Below are positions 50,829 to 61,948 of a stretch of DNA of 64,000 nt, one piece after another. The notes below the pieces were generated by a model. The model saw only the letters and a list, made by a program, of their open reading frames with translations, did no database searches and was not told the origin of the DNA. Each line of letters begins with the position of its first letter. Within the stretch, counting starts at the first letter, position 1. Position numbers and translations under genes: made by a program. Origin of the DNA: an uncultured delta proteobacterium (lineage in GTDB: Bacteria > Desulfobacterota > Binatia > UBA9968); the NCBI GenBank assembly GCA_963745835.1, contig CAVUZH010000016.1:497742-561741 (forward strand). The letters are read 5' to 3'.

Positions 50829-51278
50829 CTAGGCAGTTAGTTGCTTCTTAATATTTTCAACGAACTCTTTGAGCATCGAGTCCGCTTTTTTTCTAATAAT
50901 CGGCTGACCAAATTCACCGATTTTGCCGAGTATGTTGACATCGGTGTCGACTAACAACTCGGTTTGATTGGCGCCGATTTCCTTTAACACCATGTTGGTT
51001 TTCCCGTTAACGGCGCCAGCGGCCATTCGATCTTTGGCTTCGGCCCGCAGCGCTGCGCGCCAATTCTCTTTGCTTTGCTCTTCAACGATAATCTTGCCCT
51101 GCAGGTTCAGTTTGATCGGTCCTACTCGGACTGTCAGAGCTCCTTCATAGGTCTTATCATCGATTTTGCTGACCGACTCTACGCCCGGGAGCGATTTGGC
51201 TACCTTCGGAACGTCCATGAGAAACTCCCAAAGCGGTTCACGGGCAACGGGGATCTGCGCACTCTGAGTGAATTTCAA
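50829..51278 (-). CDS. coxG: CoxG/SRPBCC protein
   Basis: WEFLMD...LPG, VRVGPIK, GKIGEFGQ. Confidence 0.85.
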   Translation of the reverse strand: MKFTQSAQIPVAREPLWEFLMDVPKVAKSLPGVESVSKIDDKTYEGALTVRVGPIKLNLQGKIIVEEQSKENWRAALRAEAKDRMAAGAVNGKTNMVLKEIGANQTELLVDTDVNILGKIGEFGQPIIRKKADSMLKEFVENIKKQLTA

Positions 51279-52219
51279 CGTTTTTTCCCTTTCTTGATGG
51301 CCTTTTTGATGGCCTTCTTGATAGCCTTCAGAGCAGGCTTAGGTTTAGCTTGCTGACGCAGGTTGGCCAAAGCTTTCTCCAGCGCGCGCCGAACGAACAC
51401 CCCTGCCATTTCTTTTTTATATGCAGCAGAGCCACGGAAATCGCTTACTGGATCAACCGCCTCTTTGGCCTTTTCTCCGGCCTCGGCAAAAGCCTCCGCT
51501 TTTAGAGGTTGGCCACGCAAGACAGCTTCCGCCGCCGTGGCTCTGATCGGAGTCACTCCGACACTGCCTAAGGCAATGCGCACGTCATTGATCGTCCTTC
51601 TAGTTTTATCCAGAGTGAGCACGGCGGCCGCGGAAACGGTTGCATAATCATCCGCGGTGCGCGGCAGAAATTTCAAATAGGCGCCGGCGCTATTGGGCGC
51701 CATTTTGGGAATGAACACTTCGGTGACGATTTCATCCGGTTTGAGAACGGTTTCATAGTAGTCAGTAAAAAACTCATCTAGGGGAATGACCCGGCTACCG
51801 TCGGCCGATGTTGCCTTCACCGTAGCCCCAAGGGCAATCAACGTCGGAGGAGGATCCTGGTTGGGATCAGCGTGCGCTAATCCGCCACCGACCGTGGCCA
51901 TGTTACGAATCCGAATCGTCGCAACATGGTGATAGGTTTCCGCGAGTAGTGGCAACCTGCGGCGCAGCAAAGAAGAAGACTCCACTTCACGATGTGTGGC
52001 CAACCCGCCGATCCGGGTTCCACCATCATGAATCTCAATGCTGTTCAGCCCCCGCACGGACCGTAAGCTCACGAGACAGTTGGGCCTGACCAGCCGCTGC
52101 CTCATCATGATCACTAGCGAGGTGCCTCCGGCGATGAGCTTCGCGTCTGATCCAAATTCTTTTAACGTCGCATGCACTTCCTTGAGACTTTTAGGCGTCC
52201 GATATTCAAAGGGTATCAT
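51275..52219 (-). CDS. Xanthine dehydrogenase/CO dehydrogenase family FAD subunit (CoxM/CutM-like)
   Basis: FEYRTP, IAGGTSL, IRNMATVGG, ADPNQD, DFRGSAAYK. Confidence 0.9.
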   Translation of the reverse strand: MIPFEYRTPKSLKEVHATLKEFGSDAKLIAGGTSLVIMMRQRLVRPNCLVSLRSVRGLNSIEIHDGGTRIGGLATHREVESSSLLRRRLPLLAETYHHVATIRIRNMATVGGGLAHADPNQDPPPTLIALGATVKATSADGSRVIPLDEFFTDYYETVLKPDEIVTEVFIPKMAPNSAGAYLKFLPRTADDYATVSAAAVLTLDKTRRTINDVRIALGSVGVTPIRATAAEAVLRGQPLKAEAFAEAGEKAKEAVDPVSDFRGSAAYKKEMAGVFVRRALEKALANLRQQAKPKPALKAIKKAIKKAIKKGKKR

Positions 52220-52229
52220 GGCTGTGTCC

Positions 52230-52697
52230 TTATCTTGCGAACTGGTGCGCCTTCTGGATCGATTCAATGATCTTGTAGTAGCCGGTGCAACGGCAAAGGT
52301 TGCCCATCATCCAATCCTTGATCTCGTCCTCGGTGGGTTTGGGATTTTCCTCGAGCAGAGCCTTAGCAGCAACGACCTGCCCGGGAGTGCAGATGCCGCA
52401 CTGAAAACCGCCGTACTGGATAAAGCTCTTTTGCACCGGATGAAGCTCACCGTTTTGGGCAAGACCTTCGACCGTCGTGATCTCGTGCCCATCGGCCATA
52501 ACCGCGAGCGTGATACAAGAACTGATCATTTCATCATCCATCAGCACGGTGCATGCGCCGCAGACTCCAACGCTGCATCCCTCCTTGGTGCCGGTCAAAC
52601 CCAAGTCGTAACGCAAACAGTCAATCAATAATCGACTGGTCGGAACCTCAAGCTCATGCCTTTTGCCATTCACGCGCAGTTTGATTTTCTTCTCCAT
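52230..52697 (-). CDS. Xanthine dehydrogenase/CO dehydrogenase family 2Fe-2S subunit (CoxS-like)
   Basis: [32 protein letters not shown]. Confidence 0.93.
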   Translation of the reverse strand: MEKKIKLRVNGKRHELEVPTSRLLIDCLRYDLGLTGTKEGCSVGVCGACTVLMDDEMISSCITLAVMADGHEITTVEGLAQNGELHPVQKSFIQYGGFQCGICTPGQVVAAKALLEENPKPTEDEIKDWMMGNLCRCTGYYKIIESIQKAHQFAR

Positions 52698-52893
52698 CGC
52701 GTCCCTTTCACACAATTTTCGAAATGGTTTGTAGTGAGCGGATTAGTACTGGGCCTAACTTATAGAAAGAAATCGTCTAAACTGCAAGCCGTTTGCCTGC
52801 AGCAAAGCAGCGCGAATTCAGCCCCGCCGTGATCACGCACTGGATTGATATCAGACTGATTCAGCAGGCTTCCGTAAGCTCGAACCCGCGGTA

Positions 52894-54021
<1,128 letters not shown>

Positions 54022-54317
54022 TCAAAAGACGAGATGAGCCCGGTGACAACAACGTCGGTCGTTGGCATTTCGCTGGACCGAAGCTCCACTGAATCTTTTC
54101 TTATCAAGATTGAATGCTTTGTAAAACTACTCCGTCCCAAAACTTCCATGCGAGACGCGACCAAGATAACGGCCGTTTATTTGAAATTGCTCTGCGCTTT
54201 GGTCGGATAGAACTCCGCCACATGGCAGTGTTCTGCCAGAGAAAGGCGAATGGAAGATCGAGCGCCTGGGGCTAGCTGAGAACTCCCGGCATCATCCTGC
54301 CGGCGAGGTGCGGCGAC

Positions 54318-55958
54318 TTAGAATCTGAACAGAACTCTCGGGCCGATGACGAAGTAGTTGAAGCCCGATGTTGATCCGGCGGAGAAGGTACCACCTTCGG
54401 CGTTAAGCTCTATCGCCAAAGTAGAAATCGGCTTGTAGCCGATGCTGCCGGAGCCGCCATAAATGAAGTTGTCGGAGGCAACTCGGTTTCTACGAAAAGT
54501 TTCGTAGCCGAAAGAGCCTTCGACGTAGGTGTAATACTTGTCTCGTTCTAACCAATAGGAAGTAAAAACGCGGTTGGCGATGTAGTTGCTGGGATCAAAA
54601 AACCCGCTGCCGCTTTGCTCGTGAAAGTCGAGAAAGCGAAAGCGGTAGCCGATGTTAATGCGCGGATTGAGATAAATCGCGTATTGGGACGCCAGCTGAA
54701 TATCATTGGCGTGGTTGCCATCTGAAAAATCCTTGTAGTTGTAACCGGCGTAGACCCCAACTCGCTCCGTTAACGGTTGCGATATGTAAAGCCCGACATT
54801 GGTCATTCGTATACGATTGTCGATCAGTTCAGCCGTATCACTGAGAACTTCCCGATGTACGTTAGCGCCCACTTTGCCTCTAAATAGCTTGGTGTCGAGC
54901 CTGAAATGACCCGTCGGGAAAGTAGAGGTATGGCGATCCCGGACCTGAGTGAATCCCAAGCCGCCGCCAAGCGTAAGCAAGTCCGTCGGATTACCGTAAA
55001 CTCTGAATGAGAGGTCTTCAGCTCGATTATCACGTGTCTTGTCATCCGCATCTGTGTGCCTGAAGGTCATGCCCAGTTTTTGATTACCAACGGAAAAATT
55101 CGAGGAAAGCGAATATCGGTTGAGGTGATTGTCGTCTGAATCACTGTGGTAATTATACCGGGCATCCAAGGAGGGTCGGGTTTCCTGATCGACGGTCTCC
55201 CGCAATCTTCCAAGCTCCCGTTCCTGTCGAGAATTGCCGGCTTTCAATGAATTCGTGACTTCTACGGAAGCCGTGCGGTTGCCCGTTGCAAGAAGAGACC
55301 GAGATAGACCCACGCCAGCATCAAAGTTACCATCCGTAGACAGTTGCCGATAAATCGGAATGGCCTCTCTGTAGTCTCCTCGCCATTGCAACGCATCGGC
55401 TTTGATCAGTGAGGCTTCCCGATCATTCGGATGCTCCTTAAGTACGTTGTCGGCTTCTTCAATGGCCTCAGACAGCTCACCTTGCCAGGACAGTACCCGC
55501 GCCAGATGAGTGCGCGCTTCCTGGTGTTTCGGCTCCCGGGCAAGCACCGCTCTAAGCTCGCGCTCCGATGGTTTTAATTTATCCGCCCAAGAGAGATAGA
55601 TAGCCATTCGCACTCGTTCTGCACTGGAGAATTGATCCGGGTCCGTTTTCAGCGCATCAACGTAGGCCTCAGCCGCTTCCGCGATCCGATCTTGAGCTAT
55701 ATATTGATCGCCCAGCTGCTTGTGCAGTCTGGCTAAAGTCGATCGGTCCGATGTGGCTTTAATCCTACTCTGTAGCGCATCAACAGAATCGGCCGACTCG
55801 GCGGCCAGCATCGGCGAACATGACATGAATATTATCGTCACTGTCAAAGTCGCTGCCAATACGGCCCTATGCTGTCGCAGAACGCGATCAATTAGTTTTG
55901 ATTTGATCAAAGTTTCCTCGAAGTACTGAAAGTAAGTGGATTCGCTAAAATGCCACAA
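54318..55958 (-). CDS. TPR + C-terminal outer-membrane beta-barrel protein (PgaA-like exporter); start uncertain
   Basis: Signal-like hydrophobic stretch; TPRs (YLSWAD, LARVLSWQG, ADALQWRG); beta strands with GFFDP; terminal Phe. Confidence 0.7.
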   Translation of the reverse strand: MWHFSESTYFQYFEETLIKSKLIDRVLRQHRAVLAATLTVTIIFMSCSPMLAAESADSVDALQSRIKATSDRSTLARLHKQLGDQYIAQDRIAEAAEAYVDALKTDPDQFSSAERVRMAIYLSWADKLKPSERELRAVLAREPKHQEARTHLARVLSWQGELSEAIEEADNVLKEHPNDREASLIKADALQWRGDYREAIPIYRQLSTDGNFDAGVGLSRSLLATGNRTASVEVTNSLKAGNSRQERELGRLRETVDQETRPSLDARYNYHSDSDDNHLNRYSLSSNFSVGNQKLGMTFRHTDADDKTRDNRAEDLSFRVYGNPTDLLTLGGGLGFTQVRDRHTSTFPTGHFRLDTKLFRGKVGANVHREVLSDTAELIDNRIRMTNVGLYISQPLTERVGVYAGYNYKDFSDGNHANDIQLASQYAIYLNPRINIGYRFRFLDFHEQSGSGFFDPSNYIANRVFTSYWLERDKYYTYVEGSFGYETFRRNRVASDNFIYGGSGSIGYKPISTLAIELNAEGGTFSAGSTSGFNYFVIGPRVLFRF

Positions 55959-56089
55959 ACATTTTCAGTGGTCCACATTTTTCTGTGGTTTGGACCCGTT
56001 GAATTGAAGCTTAGATGTACTTGCCGGCGAGATTCTGATCGATTTCGGAAGCGGCGCTATTCAGGATGCGCCATGCAGTGGCGCATCTA

Positions 56090-57547
56090 TTACCACCGTT
56101 TGGCAGTTCCGAGCAGTTCTTGGACATAGCCGATAACACAGATCGGAGACATGATTATTTGATAGATAAGCATGTACACGATAAAGCCGGCGAAATTTTG
56201 CCGCACCCGAAGACGGAGTGTTTTAAAGACTACTTGCTGTTTTCGATACATGAAGAACACGATCAAAAACGCCATCGGCAGAACCAGCAACGTGGTCGGA
56301 CCGACAATATAGTAGTAGCCGAAGAGGGCTAGAATGATGCCAGGTAGAAATACAAACGTATAGAACAAGTCCATCAGCGGGATGACGAAATCAATCCCGA
56401 CGAAAAAAGCTGACAACCGAGAACTGCTCCAGATCAAATGACCATGCTGCTTCAATCCTTCGATCATGCCTCGCGCCCAGCGTTTTCTCTGACGGAAAAA
56501 ACCCTTTAGGGTCGTCGGCGCGGCGGTAAAGCCAATGGCGGTCGGCTCAAAACCAATACGCCAGCCGCTTTTGATGAGCGCCCAGGTCAGCACGATGTCC
56601 TCTCCGATAACCGAGGGCCAACCTTTGTGCGCCTTGACAACCTTGCTGTTGAAGGCGCTAAAAGCTCCTTGGGCAACCAACGTTCCCTGATATAAAGACT
56701 GTTGACGTTTAGCCGATGCAATCCCGGTAAAGTAATCCCACTCCTGTAGCCGTGTCATAAAAGTGTCGCGAGAATTTTTTACAAGGACGCATCCCGCAAC
56801 CGCCGCCGTGCCCTGCGGATCACTCAAAAAACGAGCGATGAGTCGCTTCAACGCTTCCGGCTGAAGGAAAGTATCCGCATCAATACAAACGATGATGTCG
56901 TGACTTACATGATTGAGTCCTTCGTTAAGCGCCTTTGCCTTGCCGCCGTGATTCGCCCGAATAATTTTCAGATTCGGCAAATCGAAGGAGTTGAGAATGC
57001 TGATAGTGTTATCCGTGGACCCGTCATCAACCACGATGATATCTATCCGGCCGGGGTAGTCCTGTCCCTTTATACCGCGGATGGTTTCGGCAATCTCTTG
57101 AGCTTCATTGTAAGCGGCAACCAAGAGGTTAATCGGCGGATATTCTATATCGAAGCGGAGCTCAGGCGGCCGGTCCAGGATGACACTCGAGATGATGTGC
57201 GCATTCAAGAAACCGGGAAAGAGCGCGATAAAGAAAATAATCAAAACAGCCGGCGCGTACCCGATATCATTGGCGAGCTCGCTTAGCCAAGGCTGGGCGA
57301 GATTCCAGGACAGAAAAACCCATGCGCAAGCAAATGCCGTGGAGAGAGCGAACTTGCCTTTGACCGGCAGATAGAACGATCGATGTTGCCGCTGCCAAAT
57401 TGTGCTCGACCGATTTTCATCGGCTTCCCTTTGTTGAGCCGCGCCAAAATCTTTCCAGCTCACAGGCGCTGACGGCTTTGTTTGCTGCGTACCGGATCCG
57501 TCTCCCAATGCTGAGTCTTCGGTTGGTTTGCCTGCGAATAAGTTCAT
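56090..57547 (-). CDS. Processive GT2 glycosyltransferase (PgaC/IcaA-like)
   Basis: AAYNE, DDGSTD, GKAKALN, DAD, GED, QRKRWARG and flanking TM helices. Confidence 0.9.
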   Translation of the reverse strand: MNLFAGKPTEDSALGDGSGTQQTKPSAPVSWKDFGAAQQREADENRSSTIWQRQHRSFYLPVKGKFALSTAFACAWVFLSWNLAQPWLSELANDIGYAPAVLIIFFIALFPGFLNAHIISSVILDRPPELRFDIEYPPINLLVAAYNEAQEIAETIRGIKGQDYPGRIDIIVVDDGSTDNTISILNSFDLPNLKIIRANHGGKAKALNEGLNHVSHDIIVCIDADTFLQPEALKRLIARFLSDPQGTAAVAGCVLVKNSRDTFMTRLQEWDYFTGIASAKRQQSLYQGTLVAQGAFSAFNSKVVKAHKGWPSVIGEDIVLTWALIKSGWRIGFEPTAIGFTAAPTTLKGFFRQRKRWARGMIEGLKQHGHLIWSSSRLSAFFVGIDFVIPLMDLFYTFVFLPGIILALFGYYYIVGPTTLLVLPMAFLIVFFMYRKQQVVFKTLRLRVRQNFAGFIVYMLIYQIIMSPICVIGYVQELLGTAKRW

Positions 57548-57606
57548 GGTGTGGTTGCGTTAAGACTGAGTGAAACGCTCCTTTCAGGTTGGAAGGCTCA
57601 TCAGCG

Positions 57607-57622
57607 AGCAACAAACATACCA
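57607..57622 (-). promoter_or_regulatory. Putative sigma54 (-24/-12) promoter of the GT2 gene
   Basis: TGGTAT-N5-TTGCT on the minus strand, about 60 nt upstream of the ATG. Confidence 0.55.
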
Positions 57623-57905
57623 GGCGCGAGTGCAGTGTTTTCGTCACTTCCGGGAGTTTCCAAGGATGAACCGCGTCAACAAATCTTGGGCTCTCGACAA
57701 AAGTGACAAGTTGCGCAAAGGATGCTCACCATTGATCTTCAAGGTAACCGAAGGATTCGAACGATCTTCGGCTCGCCGCGCAGGCTGGCGCTCCGTAACT
57801 CCTATCGAAGAGAAGATTTTGACGATGTGAGTCACCTATCCCTGTTGCATTTGTTCACCGCTTTGTGGGAAAGGATAGGAAACCCTCAGGACGGAGGAAA
57901 ACTCT

Positions 57906-58523
57906 ATGATCTTAGAAATGCGAACCTATGTGCTGAAACCCGGCATGACTGCTAACTTCGTCGAAAAATTTGCTGAAGGATTAACGGCACGCCTGCAGTT
58001 TTCACGGCTGCTGGGCCTGTGGCAATCAGAGGTGGGCGGCCTTAATCGCGTCGTCCACGTCTGGCCTTACGAAAGTTTTGAGGACCGTGAACGGATTGGC
58101 AATGAGGCCAGAAAGACCGGCATGTGGCCGCCGAAGACCCAAGAATTCATCGTCACCCAGGAGAATAAGATTTTGCAGCCTGCGCCATTTTCGCCGCCGT
58201 TGCCTGAAACGAAGCAGGGCAACATCTACGAATTTCGCACTTATACCTACCAGCCCGGCACGATGCCCAAAGTCCTTGAGGCTTTTGGCAAAGTGATTCC
58301 TGAGCGGGCGAAGCTCTCGCCCCTGATTGGCATATGGGTCAGCGCCATCGGACCGCTCAATCAGTTCATTCACGTGTGGGCATATCGCGATGCCGCCGAA
58401 CGTGAACGGGTTCGCGCTGAAGCCTCGAAGAAAGTCGCCGGCTGGCCGCCGGAAACGAGGCAGTACATGGTTATGCAGGAAAACATGTTGATGACTCCAT
58501 CGGCGTGCGCACCTTTCAAATAG
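57906..58523 (+). CDS. NIPSNAP family protein (two domains)
   Basis: ILEMRTYVLKPG...VHVWPY and IYEFRTYTYQPG...IHVWAY repeats. Confidence 0.92.
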   Translation: MILEMRTYVLKPGMTANFVEKFAEGLTARLQFSRLLGLWQSEVGGLNRVVHVWPYESFEDRERIGNEARKTGMWPPKTQEFIVTQENKILQPAPFSPPLPETKQGNIYEFRTYTYQPGTMPKVLEAFGKVIPERAKLSPLIGIWVSAIGPLNQFIHVWAYRDAAERERVRAEASKKVAGWPPETRQYMVMQENMLMTPSACAPFK

Positions 58524-58676
58524 ATATTAAGTCCAATGTCGCGGCTCATCCGAGGGGATATTAGCGAACCCGATTCTTGCGACTGCAGATCCGGGTAAGT
58601 TTCATTACGGGTGGGATAAGGACGTACTTCGGGCGGTGTTCGAAAAGTAGCACTCTGCGTCGGGTTTAGAGTCTGG

Positions 58677-58705
58677 GAGGGAGAACCCAATGGTTCTCCC
58701 TCTTT
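58677..58705 (+). terminator. 11-bp perfect hairpin with a short T tract between the NIPSNAP gene and pyrD
   Basis: gagggagaacc-caat-ggttctccctc-ttt. Confidence 0.5.
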
Positions 58706-58781
58706 CGTTGGAAGACTTTTCAGCTTCCGAATGTCTCAACCACTAGCCCAGCGATAAACTTTCCGCTAGATCATCTAAATA

Positions 58782-59879
58782 ATGCTTTACAAATCTATCA
58801 TTCGTCCTTGGTTGTTTAGTAAAGATCCGGAACAAAGCCACGACCGAACTCTAAATTTACTCTCGCGATTACAGTTCCTGCACGGTCCTCTCGACCGCCT
58901 TTACCGCGTGACGGACAAACGGCTCAACGTGCAAATTAAATCTTTGATTTTTTCTAATCCGGTCGGCCTGGCCGGAGGCTTTGATAAGAATGCAGTCGCG
59001 CTTAAGACTATCTCCGCTTTCGGATTCGGCTTTATGGAATTGGGCGCGGTGACGGCCCAGGCTCAACCGGGCAATCCAAAGCCGCGATTGTACCGCTTGC
59101 CCGAAGATTGCGCGCTGATCAATCGTCTTGGCTTCAACAACGAAGGCGCAACCGCAATTGCCGCGAGACTGGCCAACCTGAGAGCTCAGGGCAAGATCCC
59201 GGGAATTCCGCTGGGGATTAATATCGGCCGGACCAAGATCGTCAAAACCAAGGACGCCGTGGCGGATTTTCTCTCGACTTTTGAAAAGCTCTATTCGCAC
59301 GGCGACTTTTTTACCTTGAACGTAAGTTCACCCAATACACCGAACCTGCGCGACCTGCAGGAGAAAACGCTGCTTGCGGATCTGCTTAGCGCTGTTCAGG
59401 AAAAAAACCGGCAACTCGCGGCGGCGGCGCAGCGGCAAGAGAAACCCGTGTTTGTTAAGATCGCGCCGGATATGGAATTTGCGCAGGTAGACCAAATTAT
59501 CGAGGTGGTGAATTCGTTCGAAGTAGCAGGCATCGTCGCCACCAACGCCAGCGCATTTATGCGTGACAGCTTGAAATCACCGTTGGGCCGGGAATCCGGC
59601 GGTTTAAGCGGCAGGCCAATCACATCGATGGTGACGAACTTTGTTTCTCATATCTATAAGAATACCGGAGGACGGCTGCCGATCATCGGTGTCGGCGGAA
59701 TCTTCAATGCCCGAGACGCGTATGACAAGATTACCGCCGGAGCATCCGCGGTGCAGATCTATACAGGATTTGTCTATGAGGGTCCGGCGGCGGTTAAGCG
59801 GATCAACCAGGGTTTGATCAAGCTGCTCGAACGAGATGGATTCAGATCGGTGGGAGAAGCAGTCGGACAAGCAAATTGA
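58782..59879 (+). CDS. pyrD: Quinone-dependent dihydroorotate dehydrogenase
   Basis: NPVGLAGGFDKN, QPGNPKPR, INRLGFNN, NVSSPNTPNLRDLQ, GGLSG. Confidence 0.96.
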   Translation: MLYKSIIRPWLFSKDPEQSHDRTLNLLSRLQFLHGPLDRLYRVTDKRLNVQIKSLIFSNPVGLAGGFDKNAVALKTISAFGFGFMELGAVTAQAQPGNPKPRLYRLPEDCALINRLGFNNEGATAIAARLANLRAQGKIPGIPLGINIGRTKIVKTKDAVADFLSTFEKLYSHGDFFTLNVSSPNTPNLRDLQEKTLLADLLSAVQEKNRQLAAAAQRQEKPVFVKIAPDMEFAQVDQIIEVVNSFEVAGIVATNASAFMRDSLKSPLGRESGGLSGRPITSMVTNFVSHIYKNTGGRLPIIGVGGIFNARDAYDKITAGASAVQIYTGFVYEGPAAVKRINQGLIKLLERDGFRSVGEAVGQAN

Positions 59880-59888
59880 ATTGTTGAG

Positions 59889-60476
59889 CTATGCCAATTC
59901 CTTCAATCGTTCGTAATCCTCTCTCACATCGATATCCATAAACGGCATCTCTTGTTGCCACTCGACGTACTCCGTTCTGCTTTTGTGCTTCTCAATCAAG
60001 AACCGGCCGCCGCGGTCGCCTGTCAAGCGGAGAATCTCCGGGAAGAGTTCGCGCCGGAACAGAACCGGATTGCGCGCTTGCCCCTTGAACGAGGGAGCAA
60101 CGATCAAAGCCGAGCTCTGTTCGAATCGTTCAATCAAGGCGTCAAGCAGATCCTTTCTGACGAGCGGCTGGTCGCCGACCAGAAATAGCACTCCGTCGCT
60201 CCTTGGCTCGATTGCCCATAGCCCGGCTATCACCGAGGTGCTCTGCCCCCGATCCGCGGCGTAGTTGATTAGCCAATGGAGTCGATGATGCGCCAGCGCG
60301 ATTCTTTGTCGCACGGCCTTGAGATCACGCACGACACAAGTCACCTCATGAACGCTCGACGCCAATGCGCTCTCCAGCACCCATTGAAGCACCGGCTTAT
60401 CGTTGAGAGGCAGCAATAGCTTTTGCTCACCCATTCTCTCAGCGCGGCCTGCGGCCAAAACGACGGCGGAAATCAT
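59889..60476 (-). CDS. mocA: Molybdenum cofactor cytidylyltransferase (MocA/YgfJ)
   Basis: VLAAG..RMG..K, GQSTS, GDQP, NPVLF, GDRGGR, DIDV.EDY. Confidence 0.85.
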   Translation of the reverse strand: MISAVVLAAGRAERMGEQKLLLPLNDKPVLQWVLESALASSVHEVTCVVRDLKAVRQRIALAHHRLHWLINYAADRGQSTSVIAGLWAIEPRSDGVLFLVGDQPLVRKDLLDALIERFEQSSALIVAPSFKGQARNPVLFRRELFPEILRLTGDRGGRFLIEKHKSRTEYVEWQQEMPFMDIDVREDYERLKELA

Positions 60477-60492
60477 GATGTAGAATAACTGA

Positions 60493-61248
60493 CTAGTGGG
60501 GAATCACTTCATTGCCGAGCCCGCTATCAACAAAACTGTTGATCACCACGCGATCGAATTCCAATTGGAGCAGAGCTTTGCCTAACTGTTTCGCCCGTTC
60601 GATTTCTTCCGGACTGTCCGCCTGATTGATCATCGCTGATTTTCGACTTGCCGCTGGAATGCCTTTGAGACAACCTTCAGGGTGCCGCACCAGGTTTAGA
60701 ATCAGTTGTTCGGTCACCGGAGTTCCCAGCGGCATGCCTGACAGCGCCGATGCCGTTTCCGCTCGATGGACCGAAGTACCGTCCAACGGTTTTCCCACTA
60801 CTTTTATCGACAAAACCCAGACCGTTAGATTGGTAGCGACTGGGATCACCGGCTCGAAGTCCGACGGAACTTTGAAGAGCCGCGACGCCGCTCCATCTGC
60901 TTCCACCAAAACCGCAGCGAAGTGCTTGCTCCTCACGATCTCATCGAGCCAGCGAGGAGGCAATCCGATCAACTTGTCCTGATCGAGCTTAGAACCGGCG
61001 CCGATAATCAGCGGCGGATCGAGTTTGGTTGCCTCGCGCAGTAGCGCATCGACGTCTTCGACGATGAACAGTCGATCAACGTGTGGTTTGCTTGGTTTGA
61101 AAATTTTCGTCGTGGTTGTGACCAGAACTTTCTTCCCCGCATCGCGCAGTTCCTTGGCCAATTGCAACAACGTTGTGGTTTTTCCGCCCGCGCCAATCAG
61201 CGACACCATCTCGCCATCGCGCACGCCGAGGGATTCCCTTAGTTGCAT
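60493..61248 (-). CDS. yqeC: Selenium-dependent hydroxylase accessory protein YqeC
   Basis: SLIGAGGKTT, LVTTTTKI, LVEADGA, KVP..FEPVIP, HR, INQAD. Confidence 0.88.
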   Translation of the reverse strand: MQLRESLGVRDGEMVSLIGAGGKTTTLLQLAKELRDAGKKVLVTTTTKIFKPSKPHVDRLFIVEDVDALLREATKLDPPLIIGAGSKLDQDKLIGLPPRWLDEIVRSKHFAAVLVEADGAASRLFKVPSDFEPVIPVATNLTVWVLSIKVVGKPLDGTSVHRAETASALSGMPLGTPVTEQLILNLVRHPEGCLKGIPAASRKSAMINQADSPEEIERAKQLGKALLQLEFDRVVINSFVDSGLGNEVIPH

Positions 61249-61386
61249 AGGTTCCTCACCTAACTCTTCCAAGCTCGGGTTGCAAGTTAAATTCAGGATA
61301 AAGAGCGTTTTTAAAAAATCGCTCTTTCGCGCCAATTAACGACTGATTGCTTGAAACAGTGGAGGCTTTTGGCTAACGTCCGAGGA

Positions 61387-61878
61387 ATGTCACGCTTTTT
61401 CAGCATTGAAGTTGCCAAAGATTATTTTAATTTCGCCTCGGCTCATTTTCTAATTTTCCCTGACGGTCAAAGGGAACCTTTGCACGGCCACAACTACCAG
61501 GTGTCGGTGACTCTCGAAGGCGAGATCGATCACGCCGGTGTCGTGCTCGACTTCATTACCTTCAAGCCTTTGGTCAAGCAGGTTTGCGACGCGCTGGATC
61601 ATCGCACGTTAATCCAAACGGCGAGTCCAGCTATCAAAGTAAGCCAGCGAGGTAAAGAAATTGCAGTGAGATACAAAACACAGCGGCTGTTACTACCGCG
61701 ACAAGACGTGATTCTTCTGCCGCTTGTCAACACCAGCACGGAGCTGTTGGCGGAACACCTCGCCGGTCAAATCCGACGCCAAGTCCGTAAAAAATTCCCG
61801 CACACCCGTATCCGCAACATGGAAGTCGGCGTCGAAGAAGCACGAGGACAGCGCGGCATCTTTCGCGGTGAGTTTTGA
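61387..61878 (+). CDS. queD: 6-carboxytetrahydropterin / 6-pyruvoyltetrahydropterin synthase family
   Basis: FASAHF, LHGHNY, LDH, NTSTELLA, VEE. Confidence 0.8.
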   Translation: MSRFFSIEVAKDYFNFASAHFLIFPDGQREPLHGHNYQVSVTLEGEIDHAGVVLDFITFKPLVKQVCDALDHRTLIQTASPAIKVSQRGKEIAVRYKTQRLLLPRQDVILLPLVNTSTELLAEHLAGQIRRQVRKKFPHTRIRNMEVGVEEARGQRGIFRGEF

Positions 61879-61879
61879 T

Positions 61880-61947
61880 GGGTTGCGGGTGTTAGGTGTC
61901 GGGTTGGCCTAGGAGTTTGCAACCCCACACCCAAAACCCAACACCTC
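61880..61947. repeat. Imperfect heptamer-repeat hairpin (REP-like) between convergent genes
   Basis: gggttgc gggtgtt aggtgtc gggtt ... aacc ccacacc caaaacc caacacc. Confidence 0.55.
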
Positions 61948-61948
61948 T

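Noticed and set aside
50829-52697. Aerobic CO dehydrogenase
   Set aside because: There is no coxL with the AYxCSFR motif; the small subunits alone do not define the substrate.
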